Shown: positions 27,456 to 37,300 of the stretch, piece by piece
Layout of the letters: every line of letters starts with the position of its first letter
How positions within the stretch are numbered: position 1 is the first letter of the stretch
Virus record (IMG/VR): IMGVR_UViG_3300021426_000066
Reading direction: 5' to 3' (one strand)
Source: a virus
Taxonomy: Duplodnaviria > Caudoviricetes
Length of the DNA stretch: 64,000 bases
Position numbers and translations under genes: made by a program
The notes under the pieces: model-generated
What the model saw: the letters and a program-made list of their open reading frames with translations, nothing else
What the model was told of the DNA's origin: nothing
Database searches by the model: none

Positions 27456-28264
27456 TGATGGCAATTTATGTATGTTCTGACATTCATGGTCAATACGACC
27501 TTTATAAGCAAATGTTAGACGAAATTAAATTCTCTGATGAAGATGAATTATATATTCTAGGAGATGTAATTGATAGAGGAAAAGACGGAATAAAAATATT
27601 GCAAGATATCATTGGTAAGCCCAATATTACTTGTCTCATGGGTAACCATGAATTAATGATGCTTCATTACTTTACAGGCGGTAATACTGGATCAGCATGG
27701 AGAAGATCCGATAATGGCAGTGATGATACTCTGAAAGATTTTGCCGCTTTAAATAACGAAGAACAGCAAAAAATTCTTAATTATCTGGAAGATATGTTTC
27801 TCCAGGTAGAAATACCAATCAATCAAGAGATATATCTTTTATCCCATTCTTCGTTTATTGAGGGTGGCACTACTAAAGCGCACAAAGTTGGTTTTAATAA
27901 TCAATTAATAGAAGATGTTGTTTGGAATTCCCCTTGGAGGTTTTGGGAATATACTCCATTAGATGTCTATCAAGAAGATGGTAGAATTCATATTATAGGT
28001 CATGTTCCTGTGCAAGCGCTGCGTGAAGAAGAGTGGCCCGAAGGAATTATGCCTCAGATGCCTTGTCCCTATATTGATGACGAACATCATATTATTAATA
28101 TTGATTTAGGGTGTGTTTTTTTAGATATGGATATACCAGAGATTGACCATGGGTATTTATGTGTAATGAATCTGACAGAGTATGCATCTGGTAACAGGAA
28201 CTCCTTTATGTATTTTACGAAACCAGAGGATGATAATAATGGCAAGTATTATAGTCCCGAATAA
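27455..28264 (+). CDS. Calcineurin-like metallophosphoesterase (Ser/Thr phosphatase type)
   Basis: SDIHG, GDVIDRG, GNHE, GHVP, IDLGC. Confidence 0.9.
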   Translation: MMAIYVCSDIHGQYDLYKQMLDEIKFSDEDELYILGDVIDRGKDGIKILQDIIGKPNITCLMGNHELMMLHYFTGGNTGSAWRRSDNGSDDTLKDFAALNNEEQQKILNYLEDMFLQVEIPINQEIYLLSHSSFIEGGTTKAHKVGFNNQLIEDVVWNSPWRFWEYTPLDVYQEDGRIHIIGHVPVQALREEEWPEGIMPQMPCPYIDDEHHIINIDLGCVFLDMDIPEIDHGYLCVMNLTEYASGNRNSFMYFTKPEDDNNGKYYSPE

Positions 28265-28613
28265 ATATGAGTTAAGTTATCATGTAACAGCGAACAAATT
28301 AATTTCAAATGGTTTTAAAAAGAATGGGGATGTTTACCATAGAAAAAAGTGGCTGAGTGACTTGGTTTATGTTGAGATCGAAATTGACTTGAAAGAAAGA
28401 TGGATGGTCTATTTCGTAAAAACAAGCAATTTTGATAATTACTATGCACACTTCTATGAACCGCCAGAAGATATGCAGGATAACGAAGTGTATCAGAATA
28501 TTGTCAATAAATTTAATCGATACATGGACGCATTGTGTTGGTTTAGGATTTTATGGCGAAAAGATTATAAACCACAGAAAAGAATTGGGAGAAAGAGAGG
28601 CAAGTATAGATGA
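28239..28613 (+). CDS. Hypothetical protein
   Basis: GAGGA RBS before ATG 28239. Confidence 0.55.
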   Translation: MASIIVPNKYELSYHVTANKLISNGFKKNGDVYHRKKWLSDLVYVEIEIDLKERWMVYFVKTSNFDNYYAHFYEPPEDMQDNEVYQNIVNKFNRYMDALCWFRILWRKDYKPQKRIGRKRGKYR

Positions 28614-28614
28614 C

Positions 28615-28782
28615 ATGAAATTTATAATCATTGGAATTGTAGTTGTATTCATTCTTGTTCTTGGCTTCTTTGAATGTCTGGCATTGATTAAAACTCCAGA
28701 GGAAAAAGAGTGCGAAGACCAAGAACAGATGGAATACCTTAAAAAATGGAGAGAGGAAAATGAGCAGAAGATTAGTAAATAA
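28615..28782 (+). CDS. Small membrane protein
   Basis: MKFIIIGIVVVFILVLGFF hydrophobic N-terminus, DQEQMEYLKKW tail. Confidence 0.55.
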   Translation: MKFIIIGIVVVFILVLGFFECLALIKTPEEKECEDQEQMEYLKKWREENEQKISK

Positions 28783-28939
28783 CTCCGCACGTTGTGAAGG
28801 ATGCGTGTATTGTTTAATGGTTAAACAGAATAATCTTGATTACGTGCGGTGCAATAATAGAGAACGAACATGGATGTATGGACAGCATATTGAGCCATGT
28901 GGGGAGTACAGAAAGGATAAAGTTAATGCAGATAGTTAA
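28760..28939 (+). CDS. 59-aa Cys-rich protein (not in track)
   Basis: GAGG RBS; CEGCVYC...C...C; fills the gap before dUTPase. Confidence 0.5.
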   Translation: MSRRLVNNSARCEGCVYCLMVKQNNLDYVRCNNRERTWMYGQHIEPCGEYRKDKVNADS

Positions 28940-29357
28940 AGTTATGTATCATGATGATGAACTGGAGAAAATTAAGAAAATTAGTGCTGGTGATTGGACG
29001 GATCTTCGTTCCGCTGAAGACGTTGATATGAAGCAAGGAGAATGGCGCTTAATTGATCTGGGGGTAAGTATGCAGTTGCCTGAGGGGTATGAAGCCATTC
29101 TCGCAGCGAGAAGCAGCCTGTTCAAGAATACAGGGTTATTAGTTGCAAATGGAATTGGCGTGGTTGATCATAGTTACTGCGGTCCAGAGGATCATTGGAA
29201 GCTTTCAGTCTATGCTACTCGTGATACTCATGTCAGCAAAAATGATAGAATCGCTCAGTTCAGAATTCAGAGGATACAGCCTGAAGTATTCTTTAAGACC
29301 GTTGATAAACTGGAGAATCCAAATCGTGAAGGCTTTGGTTCTACGGGTGTTAAATAA
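28926..29357 (+). CDS. dut: Trimeric dUTPase
   Basis: DLRSA, ARSS, GVVDHSYCG, RIAQF, REGFGSTG; likely start ATG 28926. Confidence 0.92.
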   Translation: MQIVKVMYHDDELEKIKKISAGDWTDLRSAEDVDMKQGEWRLIDLGVSMQLPEGYEAILAARSSLFKNTGLLVANGIGVVDHSYCGPEDHWKLSVYATRDTHVSKNDRIAQFRIQRIQPEVFFKTVDKLENPNREGFGSTGVK

Positions 29358-29362
29358 ATAGG

Positions 29363-29382
29363 GGCGACCAATAATGGTCGCC
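29363..29382 (+). terminator. Hairpin after dut
   Basis: GGCGACC-AATAAT-GGTCGCC. Confidence 0.55.
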
Positions 29383-29399
29383 TTAGCATAATTCACCTG

Positions 29400-29465
29400 C
29401 CTTTCTAGGAGTGCTAAAAAGTTGGTGTTCGGGAACGCAATAGTCACACTCCTAGGAAGGTTTTA
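29400..29465 (+). promoter_or_regulatory. Long leader hairpin with T-tract upstream of the integrase
   Basis: CCTTTCTAGGAGTG...CACTCCTAGGAAGG followed by TTTT. Confidence 0.5.
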
Positions 29466-29522
29466 TTATACTCGTTTACCATTATAAAGGAGGGCATATG
29501 TATTAATACAAATACAAACATC

Positions 29523-30731
29523 TTGGCAAATTTGCAAGAAGCTGTAGAAAATGGTATAATATCTAATACAGTTATGGCAAAACTGCAAAATGATGTAGAA
29601 ATGGCTAAAAAGAAGAAATACTTAGACATGCATCAAAACAAAATTTATCAGGGTAAAGACGGACGTTGGTATACCAGAATGCCCAAAGCTGGAGGTGGTA
29701 CAAAACAGACAGCATTTCGTTCTCTGGAAGATGCACAAAAAGCGATTATTTCATTTTATTCTATAGTAGATAGTAACCCTACTATTAAAGAGTTATTTGA
29801 TGAATGTCAGCTAGAGCGTCTGGAACGAAACAAAATAGTATCTGGAACATATCAAAGAAACAAACTGATTTTTAATCAATTCTATTCTGAATTTGGGAAC
29901 ACACGTATTAAAGATGTGACTGTACGTGAGATAGCAAACTTTATTGAAGATACTGTGTATAAGCATAATTTAACCGCAGCGGGCTTCAAAAAAGTTAAGG
30001 GCGTTATGATTTCTGTGCTGAAATACGCTGTGAAGAAAGAGTATATTGATTATACTTTTGACGCGGTAAAGCCTCATCTGGATATTTCACAGAGTGACTT
30101 ATCTGAAGATAAGATGACAGATGAATCAGAGGTATATAGTGAAGATGAGACAATCAGATTACGGAATTATCTCTATAACAGCACAATGATTCATGACCTT
30201 GCCCTGTTGCTTTTCTTACTGACAGGATTAAGAAATGGTGAATTAACTGCTCTTAAATGGGAAGACTACAATGGTGAAAGCTTATTCATTCACAGGATGG
30301 AACGAACTGAGTATGACTTGAATGGTGAAAAACATTTTATCATTTTGGATGAACATACGAAAACCCAGAAGGGTACGAGAGAAGTTCCACTTGTAAAACC
30401 TGCAATTGATCTGCTTGAGAGAATGCGTAAGATTAACCCAGATGGAGTCTATATCTTTGAAGATGAAGAGCATAGAAGAATCACATCAGAAAATCTGAGA
30501 AAAAGATTGGTTACTGTATGTAAGAAAATCGGAATCAGATATCGTTCTCCCCATAGAATCAGAAAAACATTTATCACAATCCTTCTTGACGGTGGAATGT
30601 CACCCACTCTTGTGAGTGATATTGTTGGTCATAAAAATCCCACTACTACATTACAGTACTATAAATATAGAAGAGCGTCTAACCAGACAATTCTTGAAAA
30701 ATACGATCCTGTATTTACAGAGATTGGCTAA
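29523..30731 (+). CDS. int: Tyrosine integrase
   Basis: TGLRNGEL (R), HTKT (K), HRIRKT (HxxR), VGH, YY; possible ATT start at 29502. Confidence 0.93.
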   Translation: MANLQEAVENGIISNTVMAKLQNDVEMAKKKKYLDMHQNKIYQGKDGRWYTRMPKAGGGTKQTAFRSLEDAQKAIISFYSIVDSNPTIKELFDECQLERLERNKIVSGTYQRNKLIFNQFYSEFGNTRIKDVTVREIANFIEDTVYKHNLTAAGFKKVKGVMISVLKYAVKKEYIDYTFDAVKPHLDISQSDLSEDKMTDESEVYSEDETIRLRNYLYNSTMIHDLALLLFLLTGLRNGELTALKWEDYNGESLFIHRMERTEYDLNGEKHFIILDEHTKTQKGTREVPLVKPAIDLLERMRKINPDGVYIFEDEEHRRITSENLRKRLVTVCKKIGIRYRSPHRIRKTFITILLDGGMSPTLVSDIVGHKNPTTTLQYYKYRRASNQTILEKYDPVFTEIG

Positions 30732-30936
30732 TTTGTAGCAGTTTTTGTAGCACTTGACCCCATTCGTTTTTAAGTAACTGCTACAAAGTGCTACAAATTA
30801 GCCCTAAATTAAATAAAACCCACGGTTTTACGTGGTTTCTCAATGCGGGAGAAGGGACTTGAACCCGTGGTAAAAGTCCGAAAACCCCAGTGTTTAAGCC
30901 AAATTTAAGGAACCATGGGTGCTACAAAGTGCTACA
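30732..30936. mobile_element. attP site: tRNA 3'-end core with arm-type repeats
   Basis: Core TGCGGGAGAAGGGACTTGAACCC (30844-30866) is the reverse complement of a tRNA T-arm/acceptor end; TGCTACAAA repeats at 30732 and 30744 (inverted), 30779, 30789, 30920, 30930. Confidence 0.88.
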
Positions 30937-31058
30937 GCCATAAAATTGTGACAAAAAAGGAGGAGCAGTTTTGCCATAACTCTTCCTCGATAAAAGTGTG
31001 TATATAATCTTTTAAACATAGTCAGTTTGACAGCTTATATATGAATTTTTATTCGGTC

Positions 31059-31092
31059 AAAAAAAGGGAATGACCATCAGGCCATCCCCTTA
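31059..31092 (-). terminator. Terminator at the end of the late (- strand) arm
   Basis: AAGGGGATGGCC...GGTCATTCCCTT hairpin followed by a T-tract on the - strand. Confidence 0.55.
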
Positions 31093-32063
31093 GTATTAAA
31101 TACATACTTTAAGCTAATCCAAGTTTTAGATACAGAATCATATCCCCAAATATTCCCGTCAACGATGAATGTCTTCGTAATCTTAACTTTTGTTCCCTTT
31201 TTGAGAATCTTTAGAACATCACCGTTCACAGGTGCTTTTCTCGCATTAAGCAGTTTTGCAATGACTTTACCAGAATCAGCTTTTTGAGTCTTAATAGCGT
31301 ATTTCTTAATATACTTCAGACTCGCCCAACCTTCGCCATTTACATATGCCCATCCGTCCTGTTCTTTGGTGATATAGACATAATCTCCCTTTTTAAGAGT
31401 GCTAACGACCTTGTTACCAGTACCTGCTTTGGAGCGGATATTCAGCCCCTCAGAGGTGACTTCACCAATAGATTCAACGGTAACGGTAGTGGTTGTAGCA
31501 GCACCAGTGGGAGAAGAAGTGGCTACAGAACCAGAGGTTTCTTTCTTTGCGGCAGGAACAGAATATACATATTCTACATGTCCGATACCGCGGGGACGTT
31601 TTGGATCATTTCCAACGAATAAAATACAGTCACCGACCTTTAATACCTCTGGGTTCATAATATGTCCGTCTTTAATAGTGACATCTACAAATTCAAATAA
31701 GTCACTTTCGTAAATCGCTGCTGTATTGAGTAGCCAGGATCCAATATCCAGCCCAATCTTCCTCATAGTAGCCATCCCAGAAGAAGAACAATCAGAGTAA
31801 TATTTGCCATCTTTATACTTGGTAAAGACATAACTTCTACGACTCTGATTGTAATAATTTCTACCAATAATGATATCGTATGTTGCTACGAACTTTTTCC
31901 TTAAGCTGTCCGTCATCTTCTTGTGACGCTTGACACAGCATATTCCTTTATGCTTACCATTAGGGGCTAACTTTTTATATCTCTCTTGAGAATATTCATA
32001 CAGGTTTTTGATAGAGGGTCTGCCACCCCCATGACCACAAATTTTAATATCTTTGTCTGTCAT
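31077..32063 (-). CDS. Endolysin: NlpC/P60-like peptidase plus two SH3b domains
   Basis: SDCSS catalytic Cys, GD..LF, GHVEY; LNIRSKAG and LNARKAP SH3b repeats. Confidence 0.8.
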   Translation of the reverse strand: MTDKDIKICGHGGGRPSIKNLYEYSQERYKKLAPNGKHKGICCVKRHKKMTDSLRKKFVATYDIIIGRNYYNQSRRSYVFTKYKDGKYYSDCSSSGMATMRKIGLDIGSWLLNTAAIYESDLFEFVDVTIKDGHIMNPEVLKVGDCILFVGNDPKRPRGIGHVEYVYSVPAAKKETSGSVATSSPTGAATTTTVTVESIGEVTSEGLNIRSKAGTGNKVVSTLKKGDYVYITKEQDGWAYVNGEGWASLKYIKKYAIKTQKADSGKVIAKLLNARKAPVNGDVLKILKKGTKVKITKTFIVDGNIWGYDSVSKTWISLKYVFNTKGMA

Positions 32064-32428
32064 TAATTCTCACCAACCTTTCTATTATATCCATATTCAG
32101 CATCAGAACTCCTAAATCCATTAACCAGATTTTCTTCCAGTTTCCATGCAACGTCTGCGTCCATAATCGTGTCAGCTATTATAATAGACTCAATATCGTC
32201 TCTGCCTTCAACAGCAATGCTATATTCAACAGAATTGCTATACTTTCCAATTTCGGGATCAACCCCCATACGAACATGACCGTTCTCTTTGTATTCCTCG
32301 AATTGCATTACTCTGACATAGAACTTAGGAGTTCTTATTAATTTATTTTCGTACACAGCAGTAGTTGGTATAATATCAACTATAATTTCATACCATGTCA
32401 ATTTTTCATTATCCTTGTTATCCATCAT
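32063..32428 (-). CDS. Hypothetical protein, possibly a degenerate GIY-YIG fold
   Basis: WYEI...KFYV and E..LV..F.S...YGYN pattern. Confidence 0.45.
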   Translation of the reverse strand: MMDNKDNEKLTWYEIIVDIIPTTAVYENKLIRTPKFYVRVMQFEEYKENGHVRMGVDPEIGKYSNSVEYSIAVEGRDDIESIIIADTIMDADVAWKLEENLVNGFRSSDAEYGYNRKVGEN

Positions 32429-32431
32429 ATG

Positions 32432-32800
32432 TTATCCCTCAATATTCGTGGTAACAGGAACTTCAAAGGCATTAACAGTTGCCTGTGCGATAGTATCCAG
32501 TTCCTGACAAACACTTTCAATAAACGTTTCTACTTCAGGTGTTACTTTAATGCCTTTCTTCTGAAGATATTTAACGACGTACATCTTCTTATCTACACCA
32601 GACATAGGCTCAGACTGTGCAAGCTTTTCTGCGGCCTGCACCCCAATTGCAACAATGTTATAAAGACGCTTTTCAATTAACCAAGGGATCATTTGTTCTC
32701 GCACCCACGGTAAAACATAATATGCTACCAGAATAGAGATAATACTTGCTACGACTTCAAATAAGTTGCTCAGAATTACGGTAAGAATTGCTTCAGCCAT
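32432..32800 (-). CDS. Holin (LL-H-like)
   Basis: N-terminal TM, VQAAEKL, G.DKK.YV, FIESV. Confidence 0.8.
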   Translation of the reverse strand: MAEAILTVILSNLFEVVASIISILVAYYVLPWVREQMIPWLIEKRLYNIVAIGVQAAEKLAQSEPMSGVDKKMYVVKYLQKKGIKVTPEVETFIESVCQELDTIAQATVNAFEVPVTTNIEG

Positions 32801-32815
32801 TGTTTTATCCTCCTA

Positions 32816-33316
32816 TTAATCTTTTTCTGCTTTGATGGGTAAGGCTAAGACTTCTGGATATACTTTTTCATCCACGATGCCATCCCCACCTGCTTCTTTG
32901 TATCTACGAACCAGATCACAAAAACGATCCAGTTCAGTTTGATTGATATAACCCTGTCTGGTTACATCATGATAAATCCGAAAAATTGTTCCACGATATG
33001 TGTCAATTATGGTTTGGGCCTGTGTGTCCTGCACTTGTTGTACCATACCGACCAGTTTCTTGACTTCATCTGCAACTTCATTAAGTTTGGAATATTGCCA
33101 CCGATCATGTGATTCCAGAGTTGAAATTCTCTTCTCAACTTCGGCATCTTTATCTTCAGCTTCATTTCTGATCTTGTGATAACCATTCAGCCTGTCCAAG
33201 ATCCATTTTCCAGATTCGTATACTGCTTTTACAAATAAATACACCAGTGCGATTGATAAGATCACGATCAGCACTGGTGATTCGGTCGCCATAATCAGCG
33301 ATATTAAATTTCCCAT
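32816..33316 (-). CDS. Holin-like membrane protein
   Basis: TM plus coiled coil, YKEAGGDG...LPI motif; lies in the lysis cassette. Confidence 0.6.
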   Translation of the reverse strand: MGNLISLIMATESPVLIVILSIALVYLFVKAVYESGKWILDRLNGYHKIRNEAEDKDAEVEKRISTLESHDRWQYSKLNEVADEVKKLVGMVQQVQDTQAQTIIDTYRGTIFRIYHDVTRQGYINQTELDRFCDLVRRYKEAGGDGIVDEKVYPEVLALPIKAEKD

Positions 33317-33331
33317 TGGATCATTCCTCCA

Positions 33332-34288
33332 TTATTTCTTAAAGGCTTTTGCTGCCTTTAGTGTAGCTTGGTCAAATTTTCCTGTTACAGAAACGCCAAG
33401 AGTTTTCTGAGTTGCTTTCACCTTGTTTTCCGTGTTCTGACCAAATTGACCATCTACTGTAATGTCTTTAATTGAGTCATCAATCCAATTCAGCAAACGC
33501 TGCATTCGTTTTAGTTGAGTAGGATAGTTGGTAAGGCTGGTCATCCCATCACCTTTTTGGAAATAGCCTCTGGGTGGCATAACGGGATAAATGTCCTTAT
33601 AACTTTCCTTCTTGTTAACTTGTTTCTTAGTCTCTTCCTTTTTACTGGCTTCTTTTTCAGGAACTTTCGATTCAGTCTCTTTCTCTTGAGAGAGAGGAGT
33701 CATGAACCATTTCAGATCCTTTTCTCCAGTTAATCTGTTTAAATCAACTTTTCCTCGTATTCCATCTGCGATACCTTTATCTGTGTATTGGTGTAATTCC
33801 ACACCTTGATGGCAAGGATATTTGGAATTATACGTGCCAGTATTCTTTCCGTAACGGCACTCCCACCAAACACAGTTATTACCTCGATTATCAATGAGTT
33901 CTTTGTATTTGGTGTATTGGGAATACTGAGTATAGAGCATTGTCTTCGTGCCTTGCTTGTTAAGCCACGACAGGGCCTCTGCGACATTGCTTCTATCATT
34001 GTTACGTTCAATATCCAAGATGTAGCCAATAAAGTATTTGCCTACTTTCTTCTTACAGACAGATACAAGATATTTAGCTTGGTTTAATTCATTGCCTTTT
34101 TTAAGGAAGGTGTAAATCCAATATGGTATCTTGTATTTCTCACAGTAAGAGATGAAAGTGTTTAAATACGAATCAATAAAATTTGTTCCTTCTGTACCTT
34201 TGGTAATCATAAAGGGATGATTCTTCTTTACAGGACTCCAGTTGATAACTGGATCATGATGACTAATATCAGGGATTATTTGAGACAT
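33332..34288 (-). CDS. Endolysin: GH25 muramidase plus peptidoglycan-binding domain
   Basis: DISHH, KGTEG, LDIE, HQYT, VDLN; C-terminal VDGQFGQNT...TG.FD..T. Confidence 0.88.
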   Translation of the reverse strand: MSQIIPDISHHDPVINWSPVKKNHPFMITKGTEGTNFIDSYLNTFISYCEKYKIPYWIYTFLKKGNELNQAKYLVSVCKKKVGKYFIGYILDIERNNDRSNVAEALSWLNKQGTKTMLYTQYSQYTKYKELIDNRGNNCVWWECRYGKNTGTYNSKYPCHQGVELHQYTDKGIADGIRGKVDLNRLTGEKDLKWFMTPLSQEKETESKVPEKEASKKEETKKQVNKKESYKDIYPVMPPRGYFQKGDGMTSLTNYPTQLKRMQRLLNWIDDSIKDITVDGQFGQNTENKVKATQKTLGVSVTGKFDQATLKAAKAFKK

Positions 34289-34311
34289 TTTGCACCTCCC
34301 TTCTAAAAAGA

Positions 34312-34335
34312 GAAGAGCCGTTTATACGGCTCTTC
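34312..34335 (-). terminator. Intrinsic terminator after the giant fibre gene
   Basis: GAAGAGCCGT-TTAT-ACGGCTCTTC with a T-tract on the - strand. Confidence 0.7.
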
Positions 34336-34362
34336 GTTATTGTAATTGTACTGTTTTGATTG

Positions 34363-37300
34363 TTAAGCCATAGCTTCAATTCTTTGCTTTAGTTGCTCAT
34401 TCTCTTGCGAGAGTTGCTCGACTTGCTTGATAAGCTTTTGAATTTGCTTTTCATGGTCTTGTTCAACAGCAAGCATAGCGGGAACAATATGACGAATATT
34501 CCAGTTTTCGACTCGATTATTATCATATATGGCTGCGATAGGATAATATTGTGCTACATCTTCAGCTATTAAACCAGGTACGTCTAACCCTTCGTAGCAG
34601 TCCCCCTCCACCAGGTATCCTTCATTATATTTAAAAGATACAACTGGAATATCTAATACTTTTTGATAGTCCGTCAGAGGCTGAATGTCATGCTTATAGC
34701 GTTTTGATGAATTCGCTGCTGCCGTCACTCTTCCAGAGGTACTAATAAATAAATTACCTGCTCCACCAGAAGTGGTACTAGATGGGGCAATCGTCGGAAG
34801 ATAAAGATATCCGTTACCATTCTGTGTATAAATAACCCATTTTCCAAGCGTGTTAGAATATAATCCAAAGTTCCCCGTAGACGAATCAGAAGCATACAAG
34901 CTTCCTTCATGATGAGAGTTCTTGACTTTAAAATATACACCCGTACCTGCTGAGGTGGAAATTACGGCATTTCCCGCAGAAACAGTAAGCCATGTAGTAT
35001 TACTGGGCTGTAGATATATACTTCCTCTAGATGCAATAGATACCGTATTTCCTTCAAGATGCGTTGAGCCAATTTGATCTTTAAATGATCCATATCCAAA
35101 TAAAATTTCATTATTTGCATTTACACCACAGAGTATTCTGTTTGTATTATCGTTAAATTTTGAATATATATACTTGGCATTAGTATCTATTGCTATATGA
35201 CCGCCAGTATATAATTCATCAGATACCTTTAACCGACCACTGGCTGTCTCTTTGATATATGAAGTGACAGACGCAGATTTATTATAATGAAAGCTGATTG
35301 CACCACCACTGGTAGCAGAACTCGCGAGATGTACTTCTCCATTAGTTGCTAACCAACATCCAAAATGATCTGTGTCATTATATGCTGTGCGGCCTCCCGT
35401 ACCAAGCCCACCAGTAACATATGTATTGGCTGTGACATAAAGGGCATGATTAACTGAAACATCATTATATAATTTTAAAGTGCCTGAAGCAGATTCATGG
35501 ATATATGAAGTTGCAGTTGTTGCTTGGTTGTAATAGAAATATATATAAGATCCACCATTGGCTGGCCCAACCAAAAATGCATTGCCTGCATTGTTTAGCC
35601 AAACTCCTGTTTTACCATCAGCGGCTTGGGTTTTACCATTTGTTCCAACACCAGTTGTGACAGTAACTCTGCCACCTACGTCAAGATTACCAGTTTCTAT
35701 AGTATAATTCCCATTATTAAACGTAACACCATTTAATTTAGTCTTATCACTTGCAGACATTATACCTGCGACAGATGCCGTAGCTTCTGGCATAACAAAT
35801 TCCCTAATTGCTCCATTATGATACCAATAGGTAGGAAGAGTGTTGGAGAATTCAAATTGTTCTGTAGTTCTAGCATAGCCAATCTGTTTGTATATGAATC
35901 CATCAGCGCTAGTGGGCAGCTCTTGCGTCCACCATGTATCTGCTAAATAAAAAAGACCTGTTGCAATATCATAAGTGCCTTTAATATACAAAGGTTGGTA
36001 TGGTGTTAATGTTGCTCCACAGTTACTACTGTATCTAAAGTTGAGAGCGATTCCATGAGAAGTAACAATATTATCACCATTCTGTGCGCCTGATGCATAA
36101 TTAGAGCTAGAAGCAAGATAATAAATCTTACCTAATTGGAAACCTGTCGTGTTTCTAGTTTTAGTCGTATCAGTACCATGATCCGTTGTGAAGCTCTGCC
36201 AGTTACCATCCGCATCCTGCATGACTAAACTATACTGCTTCATACCATTAGTACCTGCTGTGAGTCTGGTATAGTAATCTCTGACGGTATAAGTGTCGTT
36301 ATAGTCGCCTGTCTCTTGAAGCCCTTGATTAGCACCATCAAAACTCGTTAAACCAGCATAGTTTGTAGAACCAGTCCCAGGTACATCGGCATACTTCAAA
36401 GCATCTTCAAACATCGTTACAGTACAGTTTTCTGCCTCAAGGATGTCTACTCGAACAGTACGAGGATATGAAGATGAGACAGAATTTGCACTATATAGGA
36501 AACTAATACCAAGTAAGTGACCATAAGCTGATGCACCTACTTCGGTTGCTCTATACAAGTTATGATAGTAGAACGTCCTATAACTCGTACTTAAATGAGA
36601 GTTAAAGATGCTGTACGCAACATAACTATTTTCATAACCGTATATTTCAACATCAGCATAGCCATGATAATAGTTTTGATTAGGAACATCTACTTTAATT
36701 CTGTATTTGACTTTCCATACGCCATGGTATTGATCAGGTTTTACTGAAGCAAAATAAAAAGACGTACTCTCCATATTATTTGCTGACCCATACAAACCAG
36801 CATAAGTCTTTGTTCCACCACCAATAGGAGAGATATCACTATAATCTAAAACAATGTTATCGGTTAATGCCTTGCCATTGATTTGTCTGGTATTGGGAAC
36901 AGGAGTGTAGCCAAGTGCCGTTGTTACATTGGATGAAGTGAGTTCGCCTCTAATAGTGGCAGATGATTTATTCTCAACATTGCTTAAGCCAATATCAGTT
37001 TTGGTAACATTGTGAGGGTTACCAGAGGTTAACTGAGAGTGGTCATATGCTATCTTGCCACGATCTCCACGATATGCTGAGGAGGAATTTTCACCCAGAG
37101 CCAATGAAGCAGAGATTTCTACATAAGCCGATCCAGACCAACGATAAGTTTTATTGGTAGATAAGTCTACATATATCTTACTTGATTCTCCTGTGAGTTG
37201 ATTTGTATGAGCAGACTCTTTGTACATCTTATTGTTATAGTAATACGCTTCAATTACATCATCAACATAACTGGGCAATTGAGAGGAGAGGATAAGACCA

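Noticed and set aside
30732-30936. TGCTACAAA repeats as a mini-CRISPR or iterons; tRNA fragment as a real tRNA or prophage boundary
   Set aside because: The repeats are 9 nt, paired and in both orientations around a core next to int; only the tRNA 3' end is present and phage genes continue on both sides, so this is attP
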